In this document: positions 1-13,260 of the stretch, piece by piece
Layout: every line of letters begins with the position of its first letter
How positions within the stretch are numbered: the first letter of the stretch is position 1
Assembly (NCBI GenBank): GCA_002633005.1
Contig: NMRA01000008.1
Location: forward strand, 2,128,809 to 2,192,808
Source: Phoronis australis
Taxonomy: Eukaryota; Animalia; Phoronida
Direction of reading: 5' to 3'
Length of the DNA stretch: 64,000 bases
Translations under genes and position numbers: made by a program
Notes under the pieces: generated by a model
The model's database searches: none
Told to the model about the DNA's origin: nothing
The model's input: the letters and a program-made list of their open reading frames with translations, nothing else

Positions 1-207
1 TGAAGAACCCAAGCTCGTAAAATTACATGTCATGCAGTGACCTGAAATTTTATGAGCTTGGTCAGGTACTGTCAATTCTACCCGAGATCTCTTCTAAATC
101 GACTAAGGGACAAGACAAATTTTACAATTCTAAATGGATTATATCGAAACTAGATTTTTGACAGAAAGCATGGGTTTAATGACGTTTTAAAAAGTTACAA
201 AATTTAC

Positions 208-3200
208 CTTTGAAACAACTTTGTCGGTGACTTTCTTCTTTTGCAACACAGCTTTTGGCTGCTTAGCAGACTGCACAGGCTGCGTCTGTGTGATGCCCTT
301 TTTCACAACGTCGGCCCATGTCTTGGGTCTGGGGCTTCGGCCAGGAGTTTTAGGGGTTCTCCGTGGCGAGCGACCAGCCGAGGCTAACTTGGGCGTGGCC
401 GTCTTGCCGTAAATGGCGCGAAGAGCCACAGCTGTCTTGAAGTCAGCTGGAGGAGACGGCACCTTCTCAACACGAGCGCGCTTGGCACTGCTGACGACCG
501 GCGTTGAGGCAGCACGTTTAGTAGCCGCTCTTTTGGGCGATGGAGATGCTTCAGCTTTTGCCGTTTTGGGTGTGGTGGCCTTAGGAGCAGGTGCCTTAGG
601 TGTAGCAACTTTGGGCGACTTCGGGGTAACAGCTTTAGGAGTAGTGGTTTTAGGCGTGACAGCTTTAGATTTTGGAGTAGCGGCCTTTGGAGTAGGGGCC
701 TTGGGTGTAGAAAGTTTGGGAGACTTGGCAATGCCAACGACGGGTGTGGTAGCAGCACGTTTGGAGGCCGACTTTTTAGGAGACGGAGACACTGCAGTTC
801 TAGCAGATTTGGGGGTGACGACCTTTGCTGCAGGAGACACTGCCTTTGGTGTATTGAACATTTCCGGCAGACCNTGTGAAACTTACATCGGCAAGTTTTG
901 AAGGTGGGGATCTTACACGTGTAGATTTCTTAGACGGTGTGACGGCATTTGCAGGACTCTTAGCTGGTGTGGCAACCTTTGCAGGACTCTTAGCTGGTGT
1001 GGCAACCTTTGCAGGACTCTTAGCTGGTGTAGCAGCCTTAGCAAGACTCTTAGCTGGTGTGGCAACCTTTGCAGGAGTTGCCTTACGTGGGCTTGGGGAC
1101 CTCGCAGGACTCTTAGTAGGAGTAGCTGCCTTTGCAGCTCGACGAGGGCTAGCACCTTTCACAGGTGATGCCTCTTCGGCACTATGAAGTGCCAAGTGGA
1201 ACAGATGGCCTTCCTCCTTGTTCAGCTCCTCAAGCAAGCGCAGCTCTTTCGGAGACATCTCCTGATGAGGTACATGGGGTGACTGGACTTGAACGTGTTT
1301 AGTGCTCTTCTGTTTTGGAGATTTGCCAGCTGGTGATTTTGGACTTGCTTTAGACGGGACACTTACAGAAACAGCCGGACCTTTGGGACTACGAGCAGGT
1401 GATTTGGAAGAGGGTGACTTCGCCTTAGTGACCTTTGGAGATTTCACAGGACTTTCTTCTTTAATTGTGGTCGTCCTTGGAGTGGCAATGGAGGCGCGCT
1501 TCTTCAGTAACCCCCTAGCACGACTTGGTGAATCAACGGCACCATCGAGAGAGTTTCTCGGAGCCGCTCCCTTTCTGAGAGGTGTGCCAGGAGGCAGATA
1601 CTTGTCGAAGTGCTCAGGACTCAGTTGAGGACCAAAGGAGACGCGCTTTCTTTTAGAGGCTGTTCCAGGCTGGTCACTAGATTTCCTTTTTTTGCCAGTT
1701 GAAACTGAAAAAGAATTTCAGAGGGAGGTTCTCACAAATGTACTTTCATTTGGCAGCATAACTTGACAGTTAGAAAGGCAATACATTTTGGACATAAATG
1801 CAACTTTATACACTCTTTCATGCAAAAAATTCATTTCACGTTAATCATGGCAAAACACAGCTTCCGGAAATATGAAAAGATAAACGAAGTGGTCAAAATG
1901 AATCTACTGGCACATGTTAATGAAAGAAAGGTATTTTCCATAACTGAAATCACAACTGAAGTCATGCAGTGTGCACAATAATGTTGACTCACGGAGTGGA
2001 AATTTGTAGAAGTCGGATATAATGTGCCCGCATTTTGAATAGCAGGGTTCAAGCTGATTCTCAAAATGTGGGCACTGTATATGCAACTATTGCCATAGAA
2101 ATTTGCGTCACGTAGCCTCCTGAGTAAATCATAAGGAACTCTAGTCTAAAAGAGAATTGTGGGAGCGAAATTGAACACACAGGGTCTCGCACTGTTCCAA
2201 CAACTCTATTATCCAGGATAAGTTGAGATAGCACTACCACAACACAACCGACTCTTGGAGCTGCCTCTTGAATATGCAACAACTCTTAGTCACGTGACAT
2301 TCACCGCCATATACCAGTCTTCACACAACTGTATTACACTTGGTGAAATAGATTCAGTGCCAATTAGACTCTTCGCCAATAATGTTGACGTTCTCTATGA
2401 AGACGGAAGAGCTGTTTAGGATCAAGTGTTCACGGGCAGCTGTAGGTTTATCCAGTTTCTTATGTTCTTAAGTCTAGTGTCCATATTACGTTTGGTCTCT
2501 CTGTCACACGAGAATTTATAAATAACACAAGATTGTTTGCCTACAGGTGTAGTCTTTGGGTCTGACTTGCTGATTACATTTAAAAGTAGATAACGGACAA
2601 TTTACAGGAGCTTCACAATGTCTTCAAAATGACCAAATGCACCTACCTCGCTTCACAGGTGACACGACCTTGACTGGAGTCTTCTTCACAGGACTCTGCA
2701 CACTCTCGTCCAGTTCAGCCACTGGCTGGGAACGTCTCCGTATAGCAGTGAGGCCAGTCTTTAGCGTGGCTACAACAGGTTGGCGAGGACTTCCAACCAG
2801 CTAGGAGCACAACAAATGTTTGTAAGATTAACTCTTAAATCTTGAAATATAGCTAACCAATAAGTCAACAATGGAAAAATATTGCATTTCTTGAGAACTT
2901 TTCTATTTCTTAAAATAGCTTTGAGCCAAGGCTTTGAATAAGGGCTGTTCCAGCAAAATCTGTATGGGAGGGGGGGGGACGGCAGTTGAAATAAAAATTT
3001 ATGGGTGGTTGTCTTTACAAAAAAATTTAAATCACAGGTGATCCTTCTTGAAAGAAGTATATCATTAAAAGTGTGTGGTGTTTTGTGTCCTGTGAATGTT
3101 GACAGGTGGGTATTTTCAGCCAAACAGCGACCTCAAAAGAAATCAATACTCATCAAAAGTTCACTTGCCAGATACCCAAAAATATCCAAAAACAACAAAA

Positions 3201-6200
3201 CGAGAGCGCTCGGAGGAGCGACACTTGGCGGAATTAATCGAAAGACGACAATGGGGAGGACGACGACAATCATGACTATCAAGGCGGCAATAATGAATAA
3301 CACGGTAACATTCATGTGACTAGCGAAGAAATCAAATAGAGAGCATATAATGAACTGCAATAAAGAACAATAGATAGCGCAACATGACGGACGAGCTATG
3401 CTTTGTTTCCGCAATCCAAAATAGGTGGCACTATGTGACAGTCTGCAGAGCAAAGTTATGTTTACAATAGTATTTCGCCTGGAATTCCAGTCTACAGTAC
3501 GACAGTGCTACCTGGGTCAGTCGGGGTCAAAACTCTCTGTTAACTTGTGCAGACATAACCAAAACAAAGTGAACTGAAAGCCAGCCAGCTGAGTGCATAC
3601 GTGACCGAAGGACCAACGGTATCCGAAAATCTCGAATAATTCAAAAAGTAGACGTCGTAGCGCAAAATGGAAATTATCATCTGAAAGCCCGTTCAAAACT
3701 CTATCTAAAATGGTAGTTTGGCAAACACGATAACGTTCATGTGACTAGCGACGAAATCAAATAGAGAGCATACAATCAACTACAATAAAGAACGATAGAT
3801 GGCGCCACATGACGGTCCAGTCTACAGTAGAACAGTGCTGGCTGGGTCAGTCTGGGTCAACTAGGCATAATCAAAACAAAGTGAACTGAAAGCCAGCCAN
3901 NNNNNNNNNNNNNNNNNNNNNNNNNNNNNNNNNNNNNNNNNNNNNNNNNNNNNNNNNNNNNNNNNNNNNNNNNNNNNNNNNNNNNNNNNNNNNNNNNNNN
4001 NNNNNNNNNNNNNNNNNNNNNNNNNNNNNNNNNNNNNNNNNNNNNNNNNNNNNNNNNNNNNNNNNNNNNNNNNNNNNNNNNNNNNNNNNNNNNNNNNNNN
4101 NNNNNNNNNNNNNNNNNNNNNNNNNNNNNNNNNNNNNNNNNNNNNNNNNNNNNNNNNNNNNNNNNNNNNNNNNNNNNNNNNNNNNNNNNNNNNNNNNNNN
4201 NNNNNNNNNNNNNNNNNNNNNNNNNNNNNNNNNNNNNNNNNNNNNNNNNNNNNNNNNNNNNNNNNNNNNNNNNNNNNNNNNNNNNNNNNNNNNNNNNNNN
4301 NNNNNNNNNNNNNNNNNNNNNNNNNNNNNNNNNNNNNNNNNNNNNNNNNNNNNNNNNNNNNNNNNNNNNNNNNNNNNNNNNNNNNNNNNNNNNNNNNNNN
4401 NNNNNNNNNNNNNNNNNNNNNNNNNNNNNNNNNNNNNNNNNNNNNNNNNNNNNNNNNNNNNNNNNNNNNNNNNNNNNNNNNNNNNNNNNNNNNNNNNNNN
4501 NNNNNNNNNNNNNNNNNNNNNNNNNNNNNNNNNNNNNNNNNNNNNNNNNNNNNNNNNNNNNNNNNNNNNNNNNNNNNNNNNNNNNNNNNNNNNNNNNNNN
4601 NNNNNNNNNNNNNNNNNNNNNNNNNNNNNNNNNNNNNNNNNNNNNNNNNNNNNNNNNNNNNNNNNNNNNNNNNNNNNNNNNNNNNNNNNNNNNNNNNNNN
4701 NNNNNNNNNNNNNNNAAAAAAAAAAAAAAAAAAAAAAACTTGCTGTCAGAGCAACATACTTGGCGGAAGAATTCCGCCAAGTAACAAGCCCGTGTTGCTA
4801 GTGTACAGAGTGCATCATGTACACTATGCCCTTACTCAAGTCATAGGCGACTTGATTACAGGTATTGGCTGTACAGTCCTATTAGAATACTGCAACACTA
4901 ATCTGGTGTTCATGCATCTAAGAAAACTGACAAATAACAAGAGCAACGCGGAGCATTGAAATGCAGCCACAAATGGTGTGCTTCTAGAGTTGTTTGTTTC
5001 ATAAAAATAGTCACTAAATGGTGCAAAAATGTCCAGTCCACCTGAAAACGGGAACATGCCGTTGCTTTTTAATAGAAAGCTATTTACCAAATTTCATAAA
5101 AATCTGTCATGGAAAACGAAAAAAAAAAAAAATGAAATTGCCATTATGGGCACAGCGTTCATTGGATCTGCCTGAAAGACGTCATCATCTGTAGTTAGCT
5201 TCATATGTTAACTAAATACAATTATTAAATTTAATAAAGATCCTGCAGTGTGTTTAGGAGATGCAGCTATCGGCGCAAAACAAAACAAAACTACCCCTAG
5301 GAGGCGCCACAGTAGATGAATTCATTATCGACAACTGTCCTCTTCACACTGAAAACATACATGCCAATTTTCAAAATCATCCTTAAAATGGTTTGGTTGA
5401 TTGAGGGGTGGACGCAGGAAAAATGGCCACTAGGTGGCGCAAAGTACCTCGATTCCATGCAAAAACGGGACGATAGTCTCATCTCACCAACAGAGGCCTA
5501 TATTTCAAATTTTTTGAAAATCTGTCGAAGATACAGAGGTAAACGTAAAAAACTAAAATTGCCACTAGGGGGCACACCTGTTGCCAGAACCGTCCGAAAA
5601 TCCTCGTCAGCTATTGTCAACATCATATACCGTACTCGTCCGGGTAACCGCCCATGCTCGGCTTACCGCCCAACCCCGAAATTTTCAAATTTTCAGTTTT
5701 AAGCGCCCATGCTCTGCTTACCGCCCACCCTCAATTTTTCATGATCAAGACTGCCTTAAAAGTGTCTGTGCTTCTGTGAACGTTCGTCGCACAACAAAAC
5801 GTGTGCAAGTCGCTTACCTTTCATTTACAATCAATCAGTTTTAGCGAAACCGGGAACTTGCCTTACTATGGCGGTAAAACACACGTATTCTCATACACTT
5901 TATTGAAGGAGACACAAGTTTTCATTTGGCTCACGCACGGAACTCGTGTCAGCACTTACTGATCACTGAGACAGCGCTTGTCGAATGTATTTCATTGCCG
6001 TGGAAGAACAAGCAAAGCAGTACTTGACAATTTGAAGTCTGTGTTCTACCTTTCTGTGATTCCCCGTGTGTGCCGTGACAGTACACGAAACATCACCACC
6101 CTGAGCAATGAAATAAGAGAAAGCACAAGCACACCAACATTATTTTAGACGCATCGTTTTAAATGTAAGCAGACACGAGTCATTGTGACAAGCCAACTTG

Positions 6201-9200
6201 TCTCGGTTAAACGTGTTTTTAATGGCTCACTCCCGACACCAAAATGGAAACACCCAACCAAAATGGAAGCGCCCAACCAAAAGCAACAGCGCAAGAAATC
6301 AACTTTTTACAAAGCGCAAATCGAACATTCTATCCACATCCACGTGGTAAAAAAACTGCCACTAGGAGGCGCCACAGTAAGAACATACATGCCAATTTTC
6401 ACAATCATCCTTAGAGCGGTTTGGTTGATAGAGGGGCGGACTGAAAACAGCAAAAATGGCCACTAGGTGGCGCAAACTAAATCCATTCGAAAAACGGGAT
6501 GATAGCGCCATCTCCCTAATAGATACCTATATGCCGAATTTTTTGAAAATACGTTGAGGACCCTAGAAGATATAGAGGTAAGCGTAAAAAACTAAAATTG
6601 CCACTAGGGGCACACCGGTAGTCGGATCCGTCCGAAAGTTCGCTCATGCCATCCCATATACATGTGGGCATATGAAAAATCATGATAGATTTTACCGATT
6701 CAGACACATGTGGATTGTCTTTATAGTTTCACATATTGAATAATGAAATAGTTTACCTTGTTGCCCAAACTCAGACGTTTCGCTGGGGTCTTTGGAGTCA
6801 CAGCCTTCGGACTTGCAACTAGGTAAGAACAGATTATGTGAATAGTTGAACACATAGTAACATGATTATAGTATGTTTCTGAAGAGCAAGACAGTTTGCT
6901 AGATGTTCCAATCATTCCCACGATGAAGTGAACAGCCCATGAAAAATGAGAGTGAATGACATCATCAGCATAAAAACAACGAATCGGTGCAAAAGTCAGT
7001 CGATACTAAAACTTGTAAACGAAGATGTCTTCAGAATCGTGTTGAGCTTCAAATTGCCACTCACGTCATATCTGACATTATTCAAATTCCTTACTGAAAT
7101 ATCACGTAGACGGGTACTCTAACATAAAACGAAGCAAACAGAAACAAAAATATCTAATCAGACGAAGGTGGACAAAATTACAATCAAACATTAGTACCTT
7201 TAGCAGCAGCCTTTGGAGGGGATTTCAACGTAGAAACTCGTGGAGACGTCTTCTGAGGCGTTGGTGATTTCCTAGGCGTTGGAGTCTTGGTCTTCGGCGT
7301 AGCTTCTTTAGGTGAGGTACTAGGGGTGAGTGCTTTAGGTGAGGAGACTCTGGAAGTCTTGGGGGTGTTCGCCTTGGGCGTGACAGCCTTAGGCGTAGCT
7401 ACTTTAGGAGACTTGGGAGAAACAGCCCCAGGCGTAGGAGTCTTGGCCAAAGTAGGCTTAGGGGTGACAGCTTTTGGAGAAGGAGCCTTAGGTGTGGCAA
7501 CCTTAGGGGTGGCAGATTTTGGAGAAGGGGCTTTAGGTGTGGCAGCTTTTGGAGTAGCGGCCTTAGGTGTGGCAGCCTTTGGTGTGGCAAGTTTTGGAGT
7601 AGGAGCCTTAGGTGTAGCAACCTTTGGTGTGGTGGCTTTTGGAGAAGGAGCCTTAGGTGTGGCAGCCTTTGGAGCGGCGGCTTTTGGAGTAGGGGCTTTG
7701 GGTGTGACAGCCTTAGGACGCTTGGGAGTTGTGGCTTTCGGAGTACTTGGAGTGGGAGGTTTAGCCTGAAACGAACACGGCAAGAATCAATGCACCTCCC
7801 AAGTGATCAAGACATTATGTTTGACCAAAATGATCAAATGGGATCAAAATCACTGGCTTATGAAACTGCTTTGCATTAGCGACGGGAACATGTGTTTAAT
7901 CGAATCTTGAATCTTCATCATACATAAACAGTTAAAGAACTTTCAACTGGCTATGCTGCCAAATTACAAACTACGGCGAAGTTAACACATGCATCAAATG
8001 ATGAATACCGGTCCTTTCCTTCATATGAAGAAGAGTAAACGATTGCTAATGATCAGGCACATGACTTCTGGGTGTGACGGACAGCCAGATAACGCCTCCC
8101 CTCCCCTCCCTAAATCGCTTGCAAAGTGGAAAATGCCTCTTGGAAAATATTGGAAGCTCGGCGTTGTCGAAATTTTCTTCACTAACCCCTATCCAATACC
8201 TTAGGAGACAAAATCTTTTGAAGAGGAACTTTGGCTGGACTGGCAATTGCTTTAGATGGCGAAGCAGACTTCAACGGAGATCCAGAACGCTTGGCAGGGC
8301 TTCTCCGTGAGCTAAATGGGGAATCATCAGGAAACTCAAAACGGAATGATCGGTCGATGATGGTGATCAGATCAAGGTCGCGCAACAGGGCTGTCTCTTT
8401 CAGTGGCAACTTATTCAGCAGGGTGGGATTGACGTCACTGGAGTTGGACAGAAACACCTGAAACACACATAGTGTATGGATGCACATTTCCAACACATCA
8501 ACTCACCTCATTCAGCACCTGGGCACCCAAGAAAAATGGGCAACAGTCTGATATAACGTACCCGTATTTTGAGAACCAGTTTGATGCCTGTTATTTAGTG
8601 TGGAAAACTTCTCAAAATTCCGGCACGTTATATCAGACCATTACCGAAAAATGAGTAAGTATCTCTGAACAAAAGGTCTTGTAGATCTTTGGTTTATCCA
8701 GAATAAAAGAGCTAGTAAAGACATGATCAAGACACAATGAAATTTATTGCATAAAAACAATGTTACGCATAATTCGTTATGGACGCCCTAAGCAATTGGA
8801 AACCATGTTGGATGACCCAATTTTGAAAACCTCCACGAACCCCTGCACATGGAACGTACTGAAACGAGTTTACCACACCTGATGAATGACAACGAGGTCA
8901 TAGAATTGGTGCTTACCTCTCCCTTGGAATTAACATCAATTCGACAGTGCTCCTTGGAGACATTTGGAAGTTGAATGCGTATATCGCACTCGTTGCTTCT
9001 GCAAACACAGTAAAAACAATTTGCTTCAGAAATGCACGCCATCGAGCTGAAAACTTTTACAAAATCTTATTCCAACATTGTGTTAACTAACTAGTGCTTG
9101 ATAGAAGATAGGATTTTAAAACAGCAGAAGCAATGTGTTGACTTACAAAACAAGAAACACGACAATGAAATTCCAATTGTTATCCAGCCAGAACAGGCAA

Positions 9201-10281
9201 AAGTTCACTAATTTCGAACCAAAATGATCGTCAAAATTTCTCTTGTTGTTTTTCAAGATCTTCAAATGTTGCTGTGAATGTCACAAATTTTTGGGAAATA
9301 CTTTCTGATGAAAGCTACGGTAGAAAACTTGAACCTTGTAAAGCATCAATATGTTGTCTCTAAAAAAATAATTGGAGGCGGTGTGAGACACATTGTACCA
9401 GACATGCGCAGACTGCCCATGTGGGCCCATTGCAGTGATCACCTGGAAATATTTTTATGCTTTATTAACATATAGTTAAAACCAAGCTGAGGAGCTAGAA
9501 ACCTTACTCAAGGGTTTAACAGTGTGACCCGGTGGGACTCGAACCCACGACCTCGAGTAAAGAAAGTGGACACCTATCACACTATGACATGTCTTCATTA
9601 AACAATGATGAAATAAAATTTAACGTGTCTACTGACTCCACCATAAACTAGTGTGTCCTAAATTGGTTGAGATTTAACTGTGCATTGCAATTCTAGGGAG
9701 TCATCTACAACACAGCTGCTATTTTACAAATGCATTGTGGGACGGTTGTCGGTTCAGAAGCATACGCTGACATCACAGATGACTCGTGCATTTTGATGAT
9801 GAACTTTAACCTCAGATTGGTCGGATAGCATGAGCCTCGAGAATGTTTCGTACAAATGATTTTGTTAACAGAATCTTTTCACACATTTGATGTGTTTTGA
9901 GACGCATACTGTTAACACGTCATCAAGTTATGTGATGTCATAGGGTGTATGCAAGCTGACAACTGTCCCATGATTGAAAACAAAATGACAGCAGCACAGT
10001 TCATGAAATCCTCTGAATATAAGTGATGGTTGAATGTATTGGCAAAGGTTTCATACACTGTCTGATAACAAACTTGCCAGCACACAACTGGGAAGCAACA
10101 AGACGTTATGCATCGGACGTATCCCAATAATTTCTGTCCTCATTATAAAGCGCATCATCTTAAGCCATGCTCTAAGTGCTTGAAGAACTTACCTGCCTAT
10201 TGTACAAACGGTGGCAGTGAGGGGGAATTTTGGGCCATCTTTCCCATTTCTTTTAATGACAACAATGTTCCCAAACAGCAT
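208..10281 (-). CDS. MKI67: Proliferation marker Ki-67 orthologue, 5' part (gene continues past the window start). Coding exons 10281-10193, 8998-8917, 8457-8200, 7765-7198, 6818-6757, 2800-2647, 1704-208
   Basis: The spliced N-terminus MLFGNIVVIKRNGKDGPKFPLTATVCTIGR-SNECDIRIQLPNVSKEHCRI...DLITIIDRSFRFE is the Ki-67 FHA domain. KRKRVSFGPQLSPEHFDKYLPPGTPLRKG is the Ki-67/RepoMan PP1-binding motif, and KTWADVVKKG is the Ki-67 conserved domain. All introns are GT-AG with consistent phases. One N at 874 causes an apparent frameshift. Confidence 0.93.
935..1125 (-). repeat. Coding 30-bp tandem repeat (SPAKVATPAK) in a Ki-67 exon
   Basis: Repeated gcaggactcttagctggtgtggcaaccttt units, about 5-6 copies. 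Confidence 0.85.
1570..1660 (-). other. MKI67: PP1-binding (RVxF/KiR-SLiM) motif of Ki-67
   Basis: Minus-strand translation KRKRVSFGPQLSPEHFDKYLPPGTPLRKG. Confidence 0.9.
3198..4783. mobile_element. Helentron/HINE-like non-autonomous element spanning the assembly gap
   Basis: acttggcgga near 3223 recurs in the terminal palindrome tacttggcggaagaattccgccaagta (4757-4783). Internal direct repeats at 3305-3390/3730-3815 and 3555-3590/3865-3899. The family assignment is inference. Confidence 0.45.
3900..4715. other. Assembly gap (N run)
   Basis: About 816 N characters. Confidence 0.99.
5100..6715. repeat. Interspersed repeat with internal units carrying gccactaggtggcgc motifs; a pogo/Tc1-like fragment is nested from about 5628
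   Basis: 5296-5625 resembles 6350-6660, and related sequence occurs at 16015-16130, 44490-44800 and 46260-46810. The nested piece starts TA-CCGTACTCG. Confidence 0.6.
7370..7745 (-). repeat. Coding 15-bp tandem repeat encoding (A/V)(A/P)(T/S)PK pentapeptides in a Ki-67 exon
   Basis: ORF 7184-7783 contains more than 20 xxTPK/xxSPK units. Confidence 0.85.
9361..9590 (-). mobile_element. tRNA-derived SINE
   Basis: Reverse-complement copy of the SINE at 38673-38916, with B box ggttcgagtcc on the minus strand. Confidence 0.8.
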
Positions 10282-13189
10282 GGTGAATTCGCACTGAAAA
10301 CGTGAAAGCAACAGGTTTAGTATAACAAGACACAAGCACAGTACATGGTTTAGTTTTGCAGTGCTCTACGAATAGCAGTAAAAGGCAGTACACGTCACAG
10401 GACAAAACTCTTTGCTGGAACTTTGGATACAATCGGTTACATCACTGGTATGTAGAGACCTTGGTGTTTCTTTTTCAAAGACAGAGGAATCTATTTTAGC
10501 AAAAACATGAAATTCCATTTTGGAAATTAGCAAGATACAAAACAAATATGACTTGGGAATTGCCTTACTTTTCGCCTACATTATGCCTCAGCTTTGTTTT
10601 ACAGATAATTCGATGTATGTAAACTTTGTTTCTCAAAACTAGAAAAATAACAGCACCAAATTTAGAAAGAATGAACAACTACTTCAACGCACATGCTGCA
10701 AAATGATCATAGGTTGGTTTGTGGCCAGAATACCGTGATGTCAAATTTGATGGGTTAATAATATATTTTAAATGTTTGGTAATTAAAAACCAGAAAGATA
10801 AGAACGTTATCTGTGTAGTGTATACTGAAATATGTTAATTCCATTAGAAATCTATAATTTCATGAAAGAAGTAAGATTCCATGAATTCTGTCCACTTTGC
10901 ATTATCGTGGGAAATCGAGGTTATCTAGGCAAGCGAGATGCACTGCTTATGTGAGAGGGTTTTTGTGGTCAGATTTCCTTAGTTTCCAGACACCAACAAG
11001 GGAACAGTGTCTGCATAGGCAATGGTGTCATATTTTTGCAGTTGCACTGGTGAAAAAACAATGGCTGTAAATACAGCAGAAAAGCACAAAACTTGCAACC
11101 GAAAGTTGACACAACAGCACGAAAATGCAAATACTGTCACTACCATGAAGAAAGAAAATACTGATACTTCTGCAGGAAGACGCTTCAGGAACTGGGATGG
11201 TTCTGCCAATAGTGGGTCATTTGGCGAGTTAAGACCAAAGAAAATGCCCTTGTTTGCACCAGACTCATCTAGAAACCCATGCCTCAGTGTTTGAAGTAAA
11301 ATAGCATACTTTTCGTTTTCAGTAAAGTTATTTTTTTCCAGAAACTTGCAAAACTGTTGTATGTAAGGCAGTTTTTTTAACAAAATGTCTTGATAACTTA
11401 AGGATAATCACCTGTTTCGTCACCTTAATTGACTAAGAATGAATCTACAAAGACAAGTGGTGCCGTTTTGAGTTGCAGCAATCTCAGCCCACACTTGTAA
11501 AGAAGTCCTTTTTCAATACCGCCACCAAGGATGTGTTCTCACCAGGATAAAATTAGATTTTTGTGAATAATCAGATCACACTAAGGCAGCAATTTTGGTA
11601 AGAATGAGACTAAAATAGATTGGAGAATTTGACAGGACTTGCACGTTGAAACCACTTTTCAGTGACATAAAAAGCACAAAGCCTAGTGAGAAGATTGCTA
11701 GGTACAGTGTAACCCAGAAAATAATACCAATGTTTTTGTTTCATAAATAACTATTTTTTGGAGTTCACTACCTAACTTTAAAAAAACTAACACTACTATG
11801 AATGAATGACATGTCTACAAAGTAACAGCTGATTTGCTACTTGTGTCAATCACTTGACAACATACTTAGCACAAACTTTAAAGGGGCAATAATAACAGCA
11901 GCAAAATTTTTTACTTTTTTGTAACTTGGTATAAAAGTCATCAAGAGGTTTAATCTAATTTGTAGTTTGGTAGAGATGTCTTTAAAAATATTTCTTAAGA
12001 AGCAAACACATGTAACACTATTGGGTTACCCTGTATTTTTAAACATGTAGTGGCTTGGCAACAATATTTTCTTTTCTTATCTTAACCAATTATGAACAGG
12101 ATTCTAAAGACAAGTGCTGCGGGTTAGCAGAATTCACCATATATGAAAATCCAAACACCGTGAAAGTGTGTAAATGACAGCAAATTAGCCTGTTGGAATT
12201 GAGCGGCAGCTAGTAGTAGGCCCCTACGCCTACTGCACATTACTTGCCTTGTTGTCTACTTAGCGTTTATTAATTATCAATGGGTCAGTTGTTGTTGAGT
12301 CTAATTAAAAACAGTAAACTCGATGAAGATGTTGCACCTTGCACTTAAAATATAGCATCTTCTCAACCTCAGCCCCTCTGTCCGGAGTCAGGGATTGTGG
12401 GAACAAACCTCTACATACTACAAAAAGGAGTCATTTACGTTAAAGCTCCAAAGAGGTTCCATTTTAATTTACTCCCTAAACGGTGAAGACATTTACATCC
12501 CAGTTATAAACCCTCGTCAAATATTGGAGTGACCATCCCTAGGCCTACTTCTGAATGGGCATCCCATGCTGCCCCAGCCGGAGCGAGTACCCGACGACAG
12601 ACAGTCCTGTGCAAAGTCTGCGTTGATGGAAAATTTCATGTGAACTCCGCCAAGTTCAAACCACACGGAACTTTACTAATAGGTACATCGGCATTGCAAG
12701 AACGGTAATAAATCCCAACAGTAATCCAGATGAAAGAAGTTCAGCGATTTCCACCATGTGAGGTGAGCCGAGCGGCTTCGGTGATTGTTTTTGAATCATG
12801 AAAACAGAAATTACAAAACAATGTTCCGTAACCTTTCAATTTAAGATTCCAATTAACAGCGATTAGCACGAACAGTGTTACAAAATTTAAGTTTAAAAAA
12901 TTACGATTCTAAAACGTTATTCAAATTTAGAAAAATGCTTATATTTCGAGATTTAAACTCACCGGGGACTCAATCCAACCCTTCCCGCGCACAAGAAACC
13001 TAAAATGAGACAATTTACCGGTTACTCACTACGAGAAAGAAAATGACATTTAAAGTTTGTGAGCTCCATACCTTTTTCTACACATTAACATTATAAATAA
13101 TCTTATTTATTATAATATTCTTGATACATAGTTACCAAAATGTTGTAATTTACTTGGAAAAATCATATTTCATGTGTAGCGCATTAATT

Positions 13190-13260
13190 GTTGATTTGAA
13201 TTTGTAGTAAGAAGTCCGCCGATTTAAAATTCACCATAACGGTTTCTGATTGGTTCTAAA
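13190..13260. promoter_or_regulatory. Putative bidirectional cell-cycle promoter (CHR-like TTTGAA/TTTAAA plus CCAAT) between MKI67 and the CaaX-protein gene
   Basis: TTTGAA at 13195-13200, TTTAAA at 13223-13228, ATTGG at 13249-13253. Candidate non-coding first-exon donors lie near 12962 (minus) and 13417 (plus). Short motifs only. Confidence 0.4.

Noticed and set aside
221-1628. Plus-strand Ala/Gly/Val/Leu-rich ORFs (also 7287-7769 on plus and 17919-18497 on minus)
   Set aside because: They are antisense shadows of the repetitive Ki-67 and TPK-protein exons.
3857-4780. 307-aa ORF
   Set aside because: Artefact of translating the N gap.
10979-11383. 134-aa and 90-aa ORFs in the first Ki-67 intron
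   Set aside because: No convincing motif or splice context; at most a decayed transposon remnant.
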